A stretch of DNA of 64,000 bases from Candidatus Sericytochromatia bacterium (lineage in GTDB: Bacteria > Cyanobacteriota > Sericytochromatia > S15B-MN24 > UBA4093), in contig JAKFCT010000019.1 in NCBI GenBank assembly GCA_036676495.1, positions 504-64,503 of the forward strand. Direction: 5' to 3'. This document shows positions 1 to 9,905 of the stretch, one piece after another. The notes under the pieces are model-generated. The model saw nothing but the letters and a program-made list of their open reading frames with translations, had not been told where the DNA came from and searched no databases. The position numbers and the translations under genes are program-made. Position 1 is the stretch's first letter. Each line of letters begins with the position of its first letter.

Positions 1-1
1 G

Positions 2-1468
2 CTGCTCGAAGCGCCCTTGCGCCATCCCCGCCCTCGCCTCCTGGATCCGGCCATGGGCTGCGGAGCCTTTCTTTCCGAGGCGCTCGCCATGCGGGCCCCG
101 GAAACCCCGGAGGCTCGCTGGGAGTTCGCCTGCGCCTCGCTCTTCGGAGTGGATCGCGATCCCCTCGCCCGGGAGATCGCCCTGCTCGCGCTCTGGCTGC
201 AGGCGGGGCATCCGGACGGTGATCCGCGCCTGCTGGGCCGCAACCTGCGCACGGGAAACAGCCTGCTTCCTCCCGAACTCGCGCCGGGCGGAGCCCTCGG
301 CGAAGGAATCGACTGGGTCCGTGACTTCCCCGAGCCCATGCGCGAGGGGGGCTTCACCGCCGTGGTCGGAAATCCCCCCTTCATCAACGTCGAACGCCTC
401 GGCCCCGAGGAGAAGGAAAGCTACCGCGCGGCCTTCCCCGACTTGCAGAAGCGCTTCGACCTCTTCGTGCCGATGGCCGCGAAGGCCCTGGAGTTGACGC
501 GCCCCGGCGGGCATCTGGGACTGGTGCTGCCTCAGGCCTTCCTGACCCAGGCCTACGCCGAGCGGCTGCGCCGGCGCTTCCTCGCGGAGACCACGCTGCT
601 CGGCCTCGAGGAGGCCGCCTTCCCCGGGGCGTCGGTCCGGACGGTCCTCGTGACGGCCCTCAAGACTCCGCCAGCGGCGGGTCACCGGATTCGCCTCGCG
701 GGCCCCCAAGAGTCCCTCCCGCAGGCCCCCCTGGGCCAGCTTCCCGAGGCCCGGATCCCCGCGCAGGGAGGAACGCCCTTCGCGATCGCCATGACGGCCT
801 TCGAGCGAGGCATCCCCCTCGGCGAGGTGGCGTTCGCGACCTGGGGCGTCCGGGGAGTGCCCATCACGGAGTTCCACCGGGACGACGCGGATCACCCCAC
901 CTGCCGCCCCATGATCAAGGGCGACGGGATCGAGCCGTACCGCGTGAACTGGGCCGGGAAGTTCCTGCGCTACGAGCCCGCGCGTCTCTATCGGCCGCTC
1001 TTTCCGGAGCTCTTCGAAGGCGAGAAGATCGTGCTGCGCAAGGTCAGCGGCAGCCGCGGGCTGGTCGCGGCCCTGGATCGCGAGGGCTACTACACGGATG
1101 ATTCGGTGCTTTGCTGCCAGCTCAGGCGCCAGCTCTCGGATCTCCCGGAAAGCCTCGCGCGACGTTACGGAGGGGCCGCTCGCAGCGCCGAACGGGAAGG
1201 CTACGATCTGAGCATCCTCTTGGCCGTCCTGAACTCCCGGATCGGAGGCCTGGTCTTCACCATGCTCTTGGGGAACGGCCTCAACGTCTATCCCGCCGCG
1301 GTCATGCGGATGCCGCTTCCTCCCTTCGATGCCGAGCGCTTCGAGGCCATCCGAACGCTCGTTTCATGCCGACAGACGGCCGAATCCGCGGAGGGCGAGG
1401 AGCTCGATCGACAGGTCGAGCAGCACCTCGCAGCCCTCTACGGCATCGCGGCCATGAGTCTCGCTTAG
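2..1468 (+). CDS. N6-adenine DNA methyltransferase, Eco57I/TaqI-like (5' partial, frame open to window edge)
   Basis: No stop in frame from base 2. SAM motif I LDPAMGCGAFL and catalytic motif IV VVGNPPF. C-terminal half looks like a TaqI-type target-recognition domain. Stop TAG 1466-1468. Confidence 0.8.
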   Translation: MLEAPLRHPRPRLLDPAMGCGAFLSEALAMRAPETPEARWEFACASLFGVDRDPLAREIALLALWLQAGHPDGDPRLLGRNLRTGNSLLPPELAPGGALGEGIDWVRDFPEPMREGGFTAVVGNPPFINVERLGPEEKESYRAAFPDLQKRFDLFVPMAAKALELTRPGGHLGLVLPQAFLTQAYAERLRRRFLAETTLLGLEEAAFPGASVRTVLVTALKTPPAAGHRIRLAGPQESLPQAPLGQLPEARIPAQGGTPFAIAMTAFERGIPLGEVAFATWGVRGVPITEFHRDDADHPTCRPMIKGDGIEPYRVNWAGKFLRYEPARLYRPLFPELFEGEKIVLRKVSGSRGLVAALDREGYYTDDSVLCCQLRRQLSDLPESLARRYGGAARSAEREGYDLSILLAVLNSRIGGLVFTMLLGNGLNVYPAAVMRMPLPPFDAERFEAIRTLVSCRQTAESAEGEELDRQVEQHLAALYGIAAMSLA

Positions 1469-1616
1469 CTGCGTCCCCACGGCGTGAAGGCCGCCCCGAA
1501 CCCCGGATTTGCGTTGCGTACTCCGTACTTGCTACGGATGCTCCCTTGTTACGAGGAGAGCATGCTAGAGTTCGCCGATTTTGTCTGCATGTTTTCTGCG
1601 AGGGGGAGGGATCTTC

Positions 1617-3620
1617 ATGTTGCGCTGGCTTCAGTCTCAATCACTTCAAGCCAAGATTCTCGGGCTCATGGCGCTCTGTCTGCTCCTCATCCTCTTGGCC
1701 TCGAACATGTTCAGCTGGTATCAGCTGCGGCATTCGCTCGACGAGCAGGTCATCGACAGCGCCCAGCAGGTGGTGGGCCCCAGCCAGGCGACCCTCATCT
1801 CGAACCTGATGCCGACCGGGGACATCCCGCTGATCCAGCAGACGCTCTCGCAGATGATCAACTCGAACGTGAAGGATCTGACGGTCTACCGGCCTGACGG
1901 TCGTGCGACCTTCACGGCGGATGACGCGAAGCGCGGCGCGATCTCGGTGGACCCCGAGCTGAAGAAGATCCTGAGCCAGGACGCTCCCCAGGTCCGCTGG
2001 GGCAAGGAGAACGGCGAGCGCATCCTGCTCTCGTACACTCCGGTCAAGGCGAACGACACCTGCGTCGATTGTCACCCCGGGGTCAAGCCCGGCGAAGTGC
2101 GCGGCTTCATCGAGATGAAGCTGGGCACCAAGGACAGCGATGCCATCCTCTTCCGGCAAGTCACCTCCAATGCCCTGGTCACCTCCTTGCTTTTCGGGCT
2201 CTTGCTGATCGGGCTGGGCCTGATCGTCTCGCGGGCGCTGATCGCTCCGGTGAAACGGATGACGGCGATCGCTCAGGCCGTGACCCAGGGGGATCTGAAC
2301 CAGCGCATCGAGGTGACCAGCGACGACGAGGTCGGCCAGATGGCCCGCAGCTTCCAGGAGATGATTGCCAACCTGAACCGAATCGTGGGCCAGGTGCGGA
2401 GCATGTCCCAGGCCGTCGCCTCGGAGGCTGAGCGGATCCGCATGGGAACCGAGCAGATGGCGATCGCCTCCCAGACCCAGGAGGAAGCGGTCGATCGGAC
2501 CTCGCGCTCCATGGAGGAGATGGCCGCCAGCATCTCCCAGGTCGCAGGCAACGCCCAATCCCTGTCGGTCGGGGTGGAGACCACCTCCAGCTCCATCGAG
2601 GAGATGGCGGCGAGCATCCAGCAGGTGGCGCATAACTCCGACTTCCTCTCGGAGGCCGTCAGCCAGTCCTCGGCGTCGATCGAGGAGATGGCCGCGGCTA
2701 TCCGCCAGGTGGCCCTCAACGTCCGCGAGGCGGAGAGCGTCGCCGAGCAATCGTCCGGCGTGGCCCACGAAGGCCGCCAGGCGGTCGATCAGACCATCTC
2801 GGGCATGCAACGGATCACCGCGGTCATGACGGACGTTGTCACCGTGATCGAGGGCCTGGGCCAGCGCTCGGCGGAGATCGGGGAGATCATCTCGGTGATC
2901 GACGACATCGCCGAGCAGACCAATTTGCTCGCCCTCAACGCGGCCATCGAGGCGGCGCGGGCCGGCGAGCACGGCCGCGGCTTCGCGGTGGTCGCCGACG
3001 AGGTCCGCAAACTCGCCGAGCGCTCCTCCAAGGCCACCGGCGAGATCGCCTCCTTGATCCAGCGAATCCAGAAGGAGACCGAGAAGGCCATCACCAGCAC
3101 CCAGCAGGGTGAAAAGGCCATCACGGAAGGCACCCAGCTCGCCAACGCCGCCGGCACGACCCTCGGCCAGATGGTGAGCTCGTCGAACCGCGTCTCCGCC
3201 CTGATGGGCCAGATCGCGCTGGCCGCCGAAGAGCAAACCAAGGCCGCGGCTCAGATCACCGAAGCGATGGAGCGCATGAACGGTCTTACCGGGCAGGTCG
3301 CGATGGCCACCCGCGAACAAGCCAAGGGCTCCGAGCAGATCGTCGAGGCCATCGACTCGATGAGCCGCATGACGAATCAGGTTTCGACCGCCGCCTCGGC
3401 TCAGAAAGAAGGCGGGGAACAGGTCATCCGTGCCGTGGACCGGATCCAGCAGGCCGTGCAGGAATCCAGCCACTCCACCGCCTCGATTGCGGCCTCCGCG
3501 GCCGATCTCGCGGCGCATGCCCAGGACCTGATGGAGGCGATCGCGTTCTTCAAGGCGGCTCAGGAGATGCCTCAGGTGGTGGAGAGCGTGGTGCCGAAGC
3601 TTCCGGCTGCTTCCCGCTAG
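1617..3620 (+). CDS. methyl-accepting chemotaxis protein with periplasmic CXXCH-containing sensor domain
   Basis: RBS GGGGGAGGG (1602-1610) then ATG 1617. TM1, about 150-aa extracytoplasmic region with CVDCH (2061-2075), TM2 and HAMP. Conserved MCP hairpin [34 protein letters not shown]. Confidence 0.9.
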   Translation: MLRWLQSQSLQAKILGLMALCLLLILLASNMFSWYQLRHSLDEQVIDSAQQVVGPSQATLISNLMPTGDIPLIQQTLSQMINSNVKDLTVYRPDGRATFTADDAKRGAISVDPELKKILSQDAPQVRWGKENGERILLSYTPVKANDTCVDCHPGVKPGEVRGFIEMKLGTKDSDAILFRQVTSNALVTSLLFGLLLIGLGLIVSRALIAPVKRMTAIAQAVTQGDLNQRIEVTSDDEVGQMARSFQEMIANLNRIVGQVRSMSQAVASEAERIRMGTEQMAIASQTQEEAVDRTSRSMEEMAASISQVAGNAQSLSVGVETTSSSIEEMAASIQQVAHNSDFLSEAVSQSSASIEEMAAAIRQVALNVREAESVAEQSSGVAHEGRQAVDQTISGMQRITAVMTDVVTVIEGLGQRSAEIGEIISVIDDIAEQTNLLALNAAIEAARAGEHGRGFAVVADEVRKLAERSSKATGEIASLIQRIQKETEKAITSTQQGEKAITEGTQLANAAGTTLGQMVSSSNRVSALMGQIALAAEEQTKAAAQITEAMERMNGLTGQVAMATREQAKGSEQIVEAIDSMSRMTNQVSTAASAQKEGGEQVIRAVDRIQQAVQESSHSTASIAASAADLAAHAQDLMEAIAFFKAAQEMPQVVESVVPKLPAASR

Positions 3621-3681
3621 AAAATCGAGCATCCGCCAGCTATACTTCCCTTTTGTCGCAGGCGCTTCAAAGGAGGGGCGG

Positions 3682-5208
3682 GTGAAGAAGGATCTCTGGG
3701 CCCTCGGCCTGCTCGCGGCCTTGTCCGCCGTGATGTTCGGCTTCCTCTTGGGGCAGGAGTCCCTCTACGACTGGGACGAGGCCTGGTATGGCCAGGTGGT
3801 CAAGGAGTTGCTGGCGACCGGCGACTGGATCACGCTGCGCTGGCGCGGGGAGCTCTTCTTCGACAAGCCGCCGCTCGCCATCTGGGCGATGGCGGCGGCC
3901 GCTGGCGCCTTTGGCCTCAACGAGACGGCCTTGCGCCTTCCCTCGGCGCTCGCCTCGGGGCTGACGGTCCTCGTGCTCTACGGGATCGCGCGCCGGGGCT
4001 TCGGCCGCATCCGGCCGGCCTTGCTTTCGGCCATGGTCTTGCTGACCACCTTGCCCTTCGTGAAGGCGGGCCGGATGGCGATGCTCGACGGGCCGTTGAC
4101 CTTGGCCTTTTCGCTCGGCGTCTTCTGCTTCCTCATGGCGCGCCGGGATGCCCGCTGGGGTCTGGGCCTGGGCCTGGCGCTCGCCCTCACCTGGATGATC
4201 AAGGGCCCCTTGGCCTTGCTTTTGCTGCTCGTCCTGGGGGCGTATTCGCTCTGGGAGCGGGAGGCGCGGGTCTGGCGATCGCCATGGCTCGCTGCTGGCC
4301 TGCTTGCGGGGCTTGCGCTCGTGCTGCCCTGGTACGTCCTGGAATGGCAGCGCCATGGCATGGCCTTCGTGAGCTCCCACTTCGGGAACCACGTCGTCGG
4401 GCGGGCGCTCAGCACCATGGACCAGCATACGGGAGGGCCCTGGTTCTACCTGGCGCATGTGGCGGCCCTGGATCACCCGTGGTTCTTCGCCTTGCTGCCG
4501 GCCGGATTCGGCGCCTGGCGGCATCGCCATGAGCCGATCGTGCGGCTCGCGCTTTGCTGGGGGCTGGGGGTGCTGGGGGCGTTCTCGCTGGCGGCGACCA
4601 AGCTGCCCTGGTACGTCTTGCCGGCGTACCCGGCGATCGCCCTACTCATCGGAGGCTTCCTGGATCGCGTCTTGTCGGATCCCCGGCCCGCGCGGGCCTT
4701 GGGCTGGGCGTGGCTGCTGCTGGGCCTCTCCGGGGCCGGCTACGGTTTGGTGCTCGTGAACGCGCCCCTTCCGGACCAAGGCTACGCGCTCGCGGCGCTC
4801 GTCCTGGGAGTCGGCTTGTTCGTCGGAGGGGGCATGCTCGCCTGGGGGCGGCCCGCGAGCCTCTGGATCGTCGCGGGTGCGACCTACCTCACCCTCTTGG
4901 CCCTGATCCCGGCCTCCTTGCGCTGGGAGGCCCGCTTCGCCGCGGATCTTCGGCCGCTCGCCGGGGCGTCCCGCGCGCAGGTGGCGGAGACGATGGGCAT
5001 CCTCTACCCCTCGGAGACGACGCGCCCCGCGTTCATCTACTACCTCGACCGCCATGAGGAGCTGGTTTCCCGGGAGGGCCTGCCCGAGCGCTGGGAGACC
5101 AATCCGGCGGCGCTGCTGAGCGAGGCGGACTGGCGGACCATGGCCCCTCGATTGCCTGGGGCGCGGGTGGCGGCCTCGGCGAGCGGCGTGGTGCTCCTGA
5201 CCCGCTAG
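3682..5208 (+). CDS. GT-C family glycosyltransferase (PMT_2/ArnT-like)
   Basis: GTG 3682 after AGGAGGGG (3671-3678). Polytopic membrane protein with YDWDEAWY (DE motif) and FFDKPPL loop typical of ArnT/PMT-type enzymes. Confidence 0.8.
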   Translation: MKKDLWALGLLAALSAVMFGFLLGQESLYDWDEAWYGQVVKELLATGDWITLRWRGELFFDKPPLAIWAMAAAAGAFGLNETALRLPSALASGLTVLVLYGIARRGFGRIRPALLSAMVLLTTLPFVKAGRMAMLDGPLTLAFSLGVFCFLMARRDARWGLGLGLALALTWMIKGPLALLLLLVLGAYSLWEREARVWRSPWLAAGLLAGLALVLPWYVLEWQRHGMAFVSSHFGNHVVGRALSTMDQHTGGPWFYLAHVAALDHPWFFALLPAGFGAWRHRHEPIVRLALCWGLGVLGAFSLAATKLPWYVLPAYPAIALLIGGFLDRVLSDPRPARALGWAWLLLGLSGAGYGLVLVNAPLPDQGYALAALVLGVGLFVGGGMLAWGRPASLWIVAGATYLTLLALIPASLRWEARFAADLRPLAGASRAQVAETMGILYPSETTRPAFIYYLDRHEELVSREGLPERWETNPAALLSEADWRTMAPRLPGARVAASASGVVLLTR

Positions 5209-6320
5209 CGCTCGACCTGGATGCGGTAATACCGATCCACGCTGCCTTTCGAGGTACTGGCGATGATGGCTTTGCTGTCTGCGGTCCAGCCGCGCACCCA
5301 GGCCCGGGTGTCGGTCAGCGCGATGTGCTTGCCCGTCGCCAGCTCCCGCGCGAAGAGCGGGTCGTCGCCGTGGGTGATGATGGCCCAGCGATGATCGGGG
5401 GAGAGATCGCTGACATGGAAGCCGACCCATCCCTGCATCCCCGAGGAAGTCGTCGTCGCGGTCGGAGTTCCGAGGGCGAAGGGGGTGACTTCTTCGGCAC
5501 CATCGGAGAGGCGGATGCGATGAAAGGAGAAGTCTCCGCTTTGGCTGCCAGCCGAAAGATAGCCGATCGCTTCTCCGTTCGTGCTCCAGACGTAGGTTTT
5601 TCGCCCGGGGACGCGCCGCAGCACCTTGCGGCTCTCATCCGTGAGGGAGTGGATCGTGAGGTTGAACGCGTCCAGGTAGCCGTGGATTTTCGCCAGGTAG
5701 GCGATTTGCTTGCCGTCAGGGCTCCAGAGCGCCGGGGCGCTATCCATGCCGTAGGGGGCGAGTTCGGCGATCCGCTGGGGCTCCGAGGCGGAGAGCGAGA
5801 CGTGGTAAAGCGTTTCCGCGTTTGCGTCCCCGTCGACGTCGCTGGAGTAAAGAAGAGCCGAGCCATCGGGAGACCAGGCGACCCAAGGGCTGTGCCCGTA
5901 GAAGTCGTCGGTGAGCATGGTGGAGCTTTGCGCCTCGAGGTCGTGGACCCTCAGCGCCCAGCGGGGCCTTTGGTCATCGCCGGGAAGCGGTTGCGCGTAC
6001 GCCAGGCGCTTCCCGTCCGGAGACCAGAACGGACTGCGATGCGAGTAGGCATCAAGGGGCCTCGCGGCGTGCCCGGACTCTCCGAGGTAGAGTCGACCGT
6101 CTTCCCGGCCGTGATTGTACGCGTACCGCCGGCCGTCAGGTGAGACGGCCAGGATGGGAGGCGGATACGGCAAGCCGGGGGCAATCTCCTGGACGAAGGC
6201 GTTGGTTTGCAGGTGCTGCCCGGAGCCAAAGGTTTCCTGCATGAAGGCTTGAAGCGGCGAGCCGTCGCAGCCGGCGAGGCTCAGCGCCATGGCCAAGGCC
6301 CCGATCGTGAGTCGTTTCAT
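5205..6320 (-). CDS. PD40/TolB-like beta-propeller lipoprotein
   Basis: ATG 6320 with GGAGGAG RBS. Lipobox LSLAGC. Repeated SPDGRRYAY, WSPDGKRLAY, WSPDGSALLY, WSPDGKQIAY. Its stop overlaps the convergent GT-C stop by 4 bp. Confidence 0.8.
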   Translation of the reverse strand: MKRLTIGALAMALSLAGCDGSPLQAFMQETFGSGQHLQTNAFVQEIAPGLPYPPPILAVSPDGRRYAYNHGREDGRLYLGESGHAARPLDAYSHRSPFWSPDGKRLAYAQPLPGDDQRPRWALRVHDLEAQSSTMLTDDFYGHSPWVAWSPDGSALLYSSDVDGDANAETLYHVSLSASEPQRIAELAPYGMDSAPALWSPDGKQIAYLAKIHGYLDAFNLTIHSLTDESRKVLRRVPGRKTYVWSTNGEAIGYLSAGSQSGDFSFHRIRLSDGAEEVTPFALGTPTATTTSSGMQGWVGFHVSDLSPDHRWAIITHGDDPLFARELATGKHIALTDTRAWVRGWTADSKAIIASTSKGSVDRYYRIQVER

Positions 6321-6322
6321 GG

Positions 6323-7570
6323 TCAAAGCTCCTCCGCGCTGGGGATGTCGAGGCGATAGTAACGCGGATCCAAGCCGTAGCCCGTGGCGGCGATGAGGTC
6401 CTTCCCGCCGGGTAGCCATGTCACGACGCGTCCGCGAGGCGTCAGTCTGCGCACCTTGCCGCTCTCGAGGGAGGCCACGACGATGCCGGTGCTCCGGAGG
6501 CCGCTGACCCTTCCGATTCCATCGGTCATGGTGACGGTCTTGAGGGTTTCGAACGAGACCATGGCCTGATTGGGCGAGAGGCGCAGAGAGTCGATCGTTT
6601 CGCCCTCTTCGAGAGAGACGGGGACGACCGCAACAGCGATCGCCTTACCGTCGACGGGAATGGAGGTGACGGCGATCGAGCCGGAAGCCTGGACCTGGCA
6701 GGCCTGCGCGAGCCAAAGCCGGTTGTCCGCGCTCCAGGACAGCCCATCGATCACCTTTCGGAGGTTGTCGCTCTCGATGTGGTAGCGCAGGGCGGAGGTC
6801 TTGGCTTGACGGTCGTAGACCCGCAAGTCCAGGCCGTTGACGGGATCTCCGTCCCGGTGCTCGACGTAGGCGTAGTATCGGGCGTCATGCGACCAGAGAC
6901 CCAGCCCGGGCCCGTTGAGAACGGTTTCTTCTTGCTCGGGTTGGCCGGGCAGGCGAATCATGAGGCGCCTGGGCTCGCGGTTCTGAAGATCGAGGTTCGG
7001 CATGAGGCCAGGATCTCCGGCTTGCGGCTCGTTCACCAGGCGCGTGTAGGTGAGCCCCGAGCCGTCCGGAAGGAGGGTGCCGCGCGGGTCGGTGAACTCT
7101 CCCATGGCGACGGGCTCCCCGCCGGCGAGCGAATAGAGCTTGGCGCGATAGGGGACCATCGCGAGCCCGTTCTCCGAGATGGCCAGATCCGTGAGGAGGA
7201 ACTTCTGACCGTCGGCCGTCCAGTCGAGGAGCCATCGGCCTTGAACGGGAGCCAACTCCCTGACGGTTCCACCAATCTCGGCTCCTTTGAGCATGCCCCG
7301 GGCATGATCCGACCAGACGTAGAAGCGGGAACGATCCGAGAAGCGCGGCTCGCTGACGCCGGCTTCCAGCGGCGGATCCAGCTCATGGACGGGGCCTGTG
7401 AGTTCGAGCGGGTCCTCGTGGGCAAACTCGGTCTTGAGGGCGCCTCCCCGTCCCGAGAACGGAGTGGGAGTCACGGGGCATCCCGCCGTCGTGAGCACCA
7501 TGCCGCCGATGAGTAGCGCGCCGCAAATCCGGCGGAATGGGACGATCTCGGCTGAGCGATCGATCGGCAT
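6323..7570 (-). CDS. degenerate PD40/TolB-like beta-propeller lipoprotein
   Basis: ATG 7570 with GGGAGGG RBS. Lipobox TTAGC. Degenerate PD40 motifs (WTADGQKF, LLPDGSGLTY, WSHDARYYAY, LSWSADNRLW). Stop lies 2 nt before the downstream start. Confidence 0.7.
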   Translation of the reverse strand: MPIDRSAEIVPFRRICGALLIGGMVLTTAGCPVTPTPFSGRGGALKTEFAHEDPLELTGPVHELDPPLEAGVSEPRFSDRSRFYVWSDHARGMLKGAEIGGTVRELAPVQGRWLLDWTADGQKFLLTDLAISENGLAMVPYRAKLYSLAGGEPVAMGEFTDPRGTLLPDGSGLTYTRLVNEPQAGDPGLMPNLDLQNREPRRLMIRLPGQPEQEETVLNGPGLGLWSHDARYYAYVEHRDGDPVNGLDLRVYDRQAKTSALRYHIESDNLRKVIDGLSWSADNRLWLAQACQVQASGSIAVTSIPVDGKAIAVAVVPVSLEEGETIDSLRLSPNQAMVSFETLKTVTMTDGIGRVSGLRSTGIVVASLESGKVRRLTPRGRVVTWLPGGKDLIAATGYGLDPRYYRLDIPSAEEL

Positions 7571-7593
7571 GCAGGCCCTCCCTTGATTCTGGG

Positions 7594-7611
7594 GTTTACA
7601 GGGTGGTAAAC
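7594..7611. promoter_or_regulatory. inverted repeat GTTTAC-N6-GTAAAC (candidate operator)
   Basis: Perfect 6-bp arms in the AT-richer divergent intergenic region. Further GTAAAC copies at 7639-7644 and 7679-7684. Confidence 0.3.
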
Positions 7612-7656
7612 GCGTCCTGGAAACCATGATGCAAATGAGTAAACAACATCAGAACG

Positions 7657-7685
7657 TTGCAGATGGGAAACTAATCATGTAAACT
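7657..7685 (+). promoter_or_regulatory. candidate sigma70-type promoter of the XRE-TPR operon
   Basis: TTGCAG (7657-7662), 17-nt spacer, TAAACT (7680-7685), about 60 nt upstream of ATG 7745. Confidence 0.35.
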
Positions 7686-7744
7686 AGCGCTTGAAAGCTT
7701 GGCTGTCAAGGGAGAGCCTCCAGGTGAGAGTTCGGGTGAAGGGA

Positions 7745-8874
7745 TGACGTTCAGTTCGCTACTCGTTACGGCGATGAAGGCTAAACGGTTGGATTACCGG
7801 ACGCTCTCCGGCTTGGTGGGCGTCTCCCATGCCTATCTCTGGCAGCTCGCGAATCCCGAGAAGCAAGCCGCGGGCAAGCCTGCCAAGCGTCCCAGCCGTC
7901 CCCTCGCGCTGAAGCTGGCGGAAACCCTCGACCTCGATCGGAGCGAGGCCCTTCGTGCGGCCGGATACGACGAGGAGGGAGGCGATGGCGCGGCGTTCGG
8001 CATCGTCACCTACACGGATTTCAAACCGGATGCCCAAGAGCTTTTCCGGCGGGGGCTCGAGGAGACGCGCAAGGGGAATCCCGAGCGGGGGATCGTCTTG
8101 CTCAAGCAAGCGATCGGCCAGGACGGCGTTTCCTTCCTTCGCGCCCATATGGGCTTGGGCGTGGCCTACCTCCAGGCGCGGCGTTACGAGGGGGCGATCG
8201 CCGAGTTCGGCAAGGTGCTATCCCTTTTCGAGGATGGCGAGGAGGCGACTACTCGCCGCGAGGGCGTCGATCGCGCTGATGTCCACTACAACCGGGGCCT
8301 CGCGTACCAGGATAACGGCTGCCATGCCGAGGCGAAGCGTGATTTCGAGCGGGCGATCGCCCTCAAGGGCCCCCATGCGGATCGCTACACCGCGGCGCTC
8401 TGCTATAGCCTCGTGGCGACGGGCCACTTCCGGCGCGTGATCCGCACGGCGCAGGTCTTCTCCGAGGCGCAGGCGGAAGCTCCCACCTTCACGACGGCTG
8501 CCCTGGATATCCGTTTGTATCAGGCTTACGCGCTGGCCCGCGGCGGCCAGTTCGAAGCGGCCCTGGCCCTTCTGAGCGCGGTCGACCTCCTCTTGCCGAC
8601 GTACTGGTACACCTCGTACCTCTTTGCCGCAGTTTGCTCGCGATTCGGCCAAACTTTCGCGGCGCGCGGCACGCATCGAAATCCGAACGTCCGCCGCCGC
8701 AGTCAGGCACGAATGGAGGAGATCATCCGGATGGGGATGAGTCGCTGCCATCAGGCTGTGCGCTTCAACCCCCAGAGCCGCGCCGTCTTTCTCGCCGAGA
8801 GCCAAGGGGATTTCGCTTTCTTCGCGTCTCTCCCGCAGTTCACGGCCATCCTTCATGAAGAGAGCGAGGTCTAG
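7745..8874 (+). CDS. XRE-family HTH plus TPR-repeat transcriptional regulator
   Basis: ATG 7745 (alternative TTG 7699). HTH RTLSGLVGVSHAYLWQLAN. TPR-like repeats AHMGLGVAYLQARRYEGAIAEFGKVL and VHYNRGLAYQDNGCHAEAKRDFERAIAL. Confidence 0.75.
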
Positions 8875-9333
8875 ATGCGTGTTCCCCGCTTCCCCCGCAA
8901 GGGCCTGATTCTGCTCTCATGCCTCAGCCTGGTCGTGAGCTGCACGCCGCCGTGGCTGGTCAAATCGGATCTCCCCCCCGTCCTCCCCGGCGTGATCCCT
9001 CCGGGCCCAACCGTGATCAATCCCCCCACGTCGAGTTACATGCTGGCAGGCAAGGTGACCGGCCTCCAGATCCAGCACGTCGAAGCCACGGCGCTCTCCA
9101 CCCAGAAACGCTTCGAGGCGCCCGCGGAGAAAGACAATACCTTCCAGTTCGCGTACCTGGATCCTTGCCTGTATCAGTTGACCTTGATCGCGCAGGATTC
9201 GACCCTGACCTTGCGCAAGGTCGTCCAGATCAGTACCGAGCGATCGGTCTTCCTTAACATCGAGGTCTCGCTGGATCCCCTGCAAGTCCTGGTGGACGGA
9301 GTGCCGGTCGAGGTGGAAATGACGCCAAGCTAA
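8875..9333 (+). CDS. small lipoprotein, beta-rich (carboxypeptidase-regulatory-like fold possible)
   Basis: ATG abuts the upstream stop (TAG ATG). Lipobox LVVSC. No family firmly recognised. Confidence 0.65.
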   Translation: MRVPRFPRKGLILLSCLSLVVSCTPPWLVKSDLPPVLPGVIPPGPTVINPPTSSYMLAGKVTGLQIQHVEATALSTQKRFEAPAEKDNTFQFAYLDPCLYQLTLIAQDSTLTLRKVVQISTERSVFLNIEVSLDPLQVLVDGVPVEVEMTPS

Positions 9334-9442
9334 GTCGCGCATTTTGGACTGCTTTGCGCAATATCGTTGACTTATCATCCGTAAAGGCATTAGCCTGGTG
9401 GCTATCACGCACTCCCCTCACGTCCTGTAGGAGTTCCTGCTC

Positions 9443-9904
9443 ATGTCACGCCCCTTCCTTTGCCTCCTTGCCCTGAGTGTCTTGATGACCGGCTGTGCGA
9501 CGACCATGAAGCTCTCCCCCCGGGAAGAGCCCCTCGTTCTCTTGCCCCAGAACAGCACCGCCTCGATCACGTCGCATTTCCAGCATGAAGAGCGTCATAC
9601 CTACTGGCTTCACCAAGCATTCAGCGGAGATCTGCCCTCCCCGATGGATACGTTGGCGCGCGCGGCGGGGACTCAACCTGTCCGAAACGCGACCATCTCG
9701 TCCTCTCCGGATTGGCTTCACTTCGCCCTCAAGCTTGCCGGCGGAATCGGGGCTTGGGCGCTGGTATCCGCGGCCTCCCCGTCGACGCGACCCTATGGGG
9801 TATGGGCTTATTTCGCGGTGATCTTCGCGGTTCCGGACGCCATTCGCTTTCATGTGGAGGGGGATCGTGTCGGGGAGAACCTCGCTCAAGGCCAGGAGCC
9901 CTGA
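9443..9904 (+). CDS. lipoprotein, hypothetical
   Basis: Lipobox LMTGC, hydrophobic C-terminal segments, own intergenic region upstream. Confidence 0.6.
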   Translation: MSRPFLCLLALSVLMTGCATTMKLSPREEPLVLLPQNSTASITSHFQHEERHTYWLHQAFSGDLPSPMDTLARAAGTQPVRNATISSSPDWLHFALKLAGGIGAWALVSAASPSTRPYGVWAYFAVIFAVPDAIRFHVEGDRVGENLAQGQEP

Positions 9905-9905
9905 G

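Noticed and set aside
2-1468. Calling the methyltransferase a BREX PglX or a type IIG restriction enzyme
   Set aside because: Only the methyltransferase and specificity portion is visible. No partner genes are in the window, so no system-level call can be supported.
1641-3632. 663-aa ORF antisense to the first MCP gene
   Set aside because: It is a shadow ORF typical of high-GC DNA. The translation is Arg/Gly/Asp/His/Leu-rich and low-complexity, with no motifs. The opposite strand carries an unambiguous MCP.
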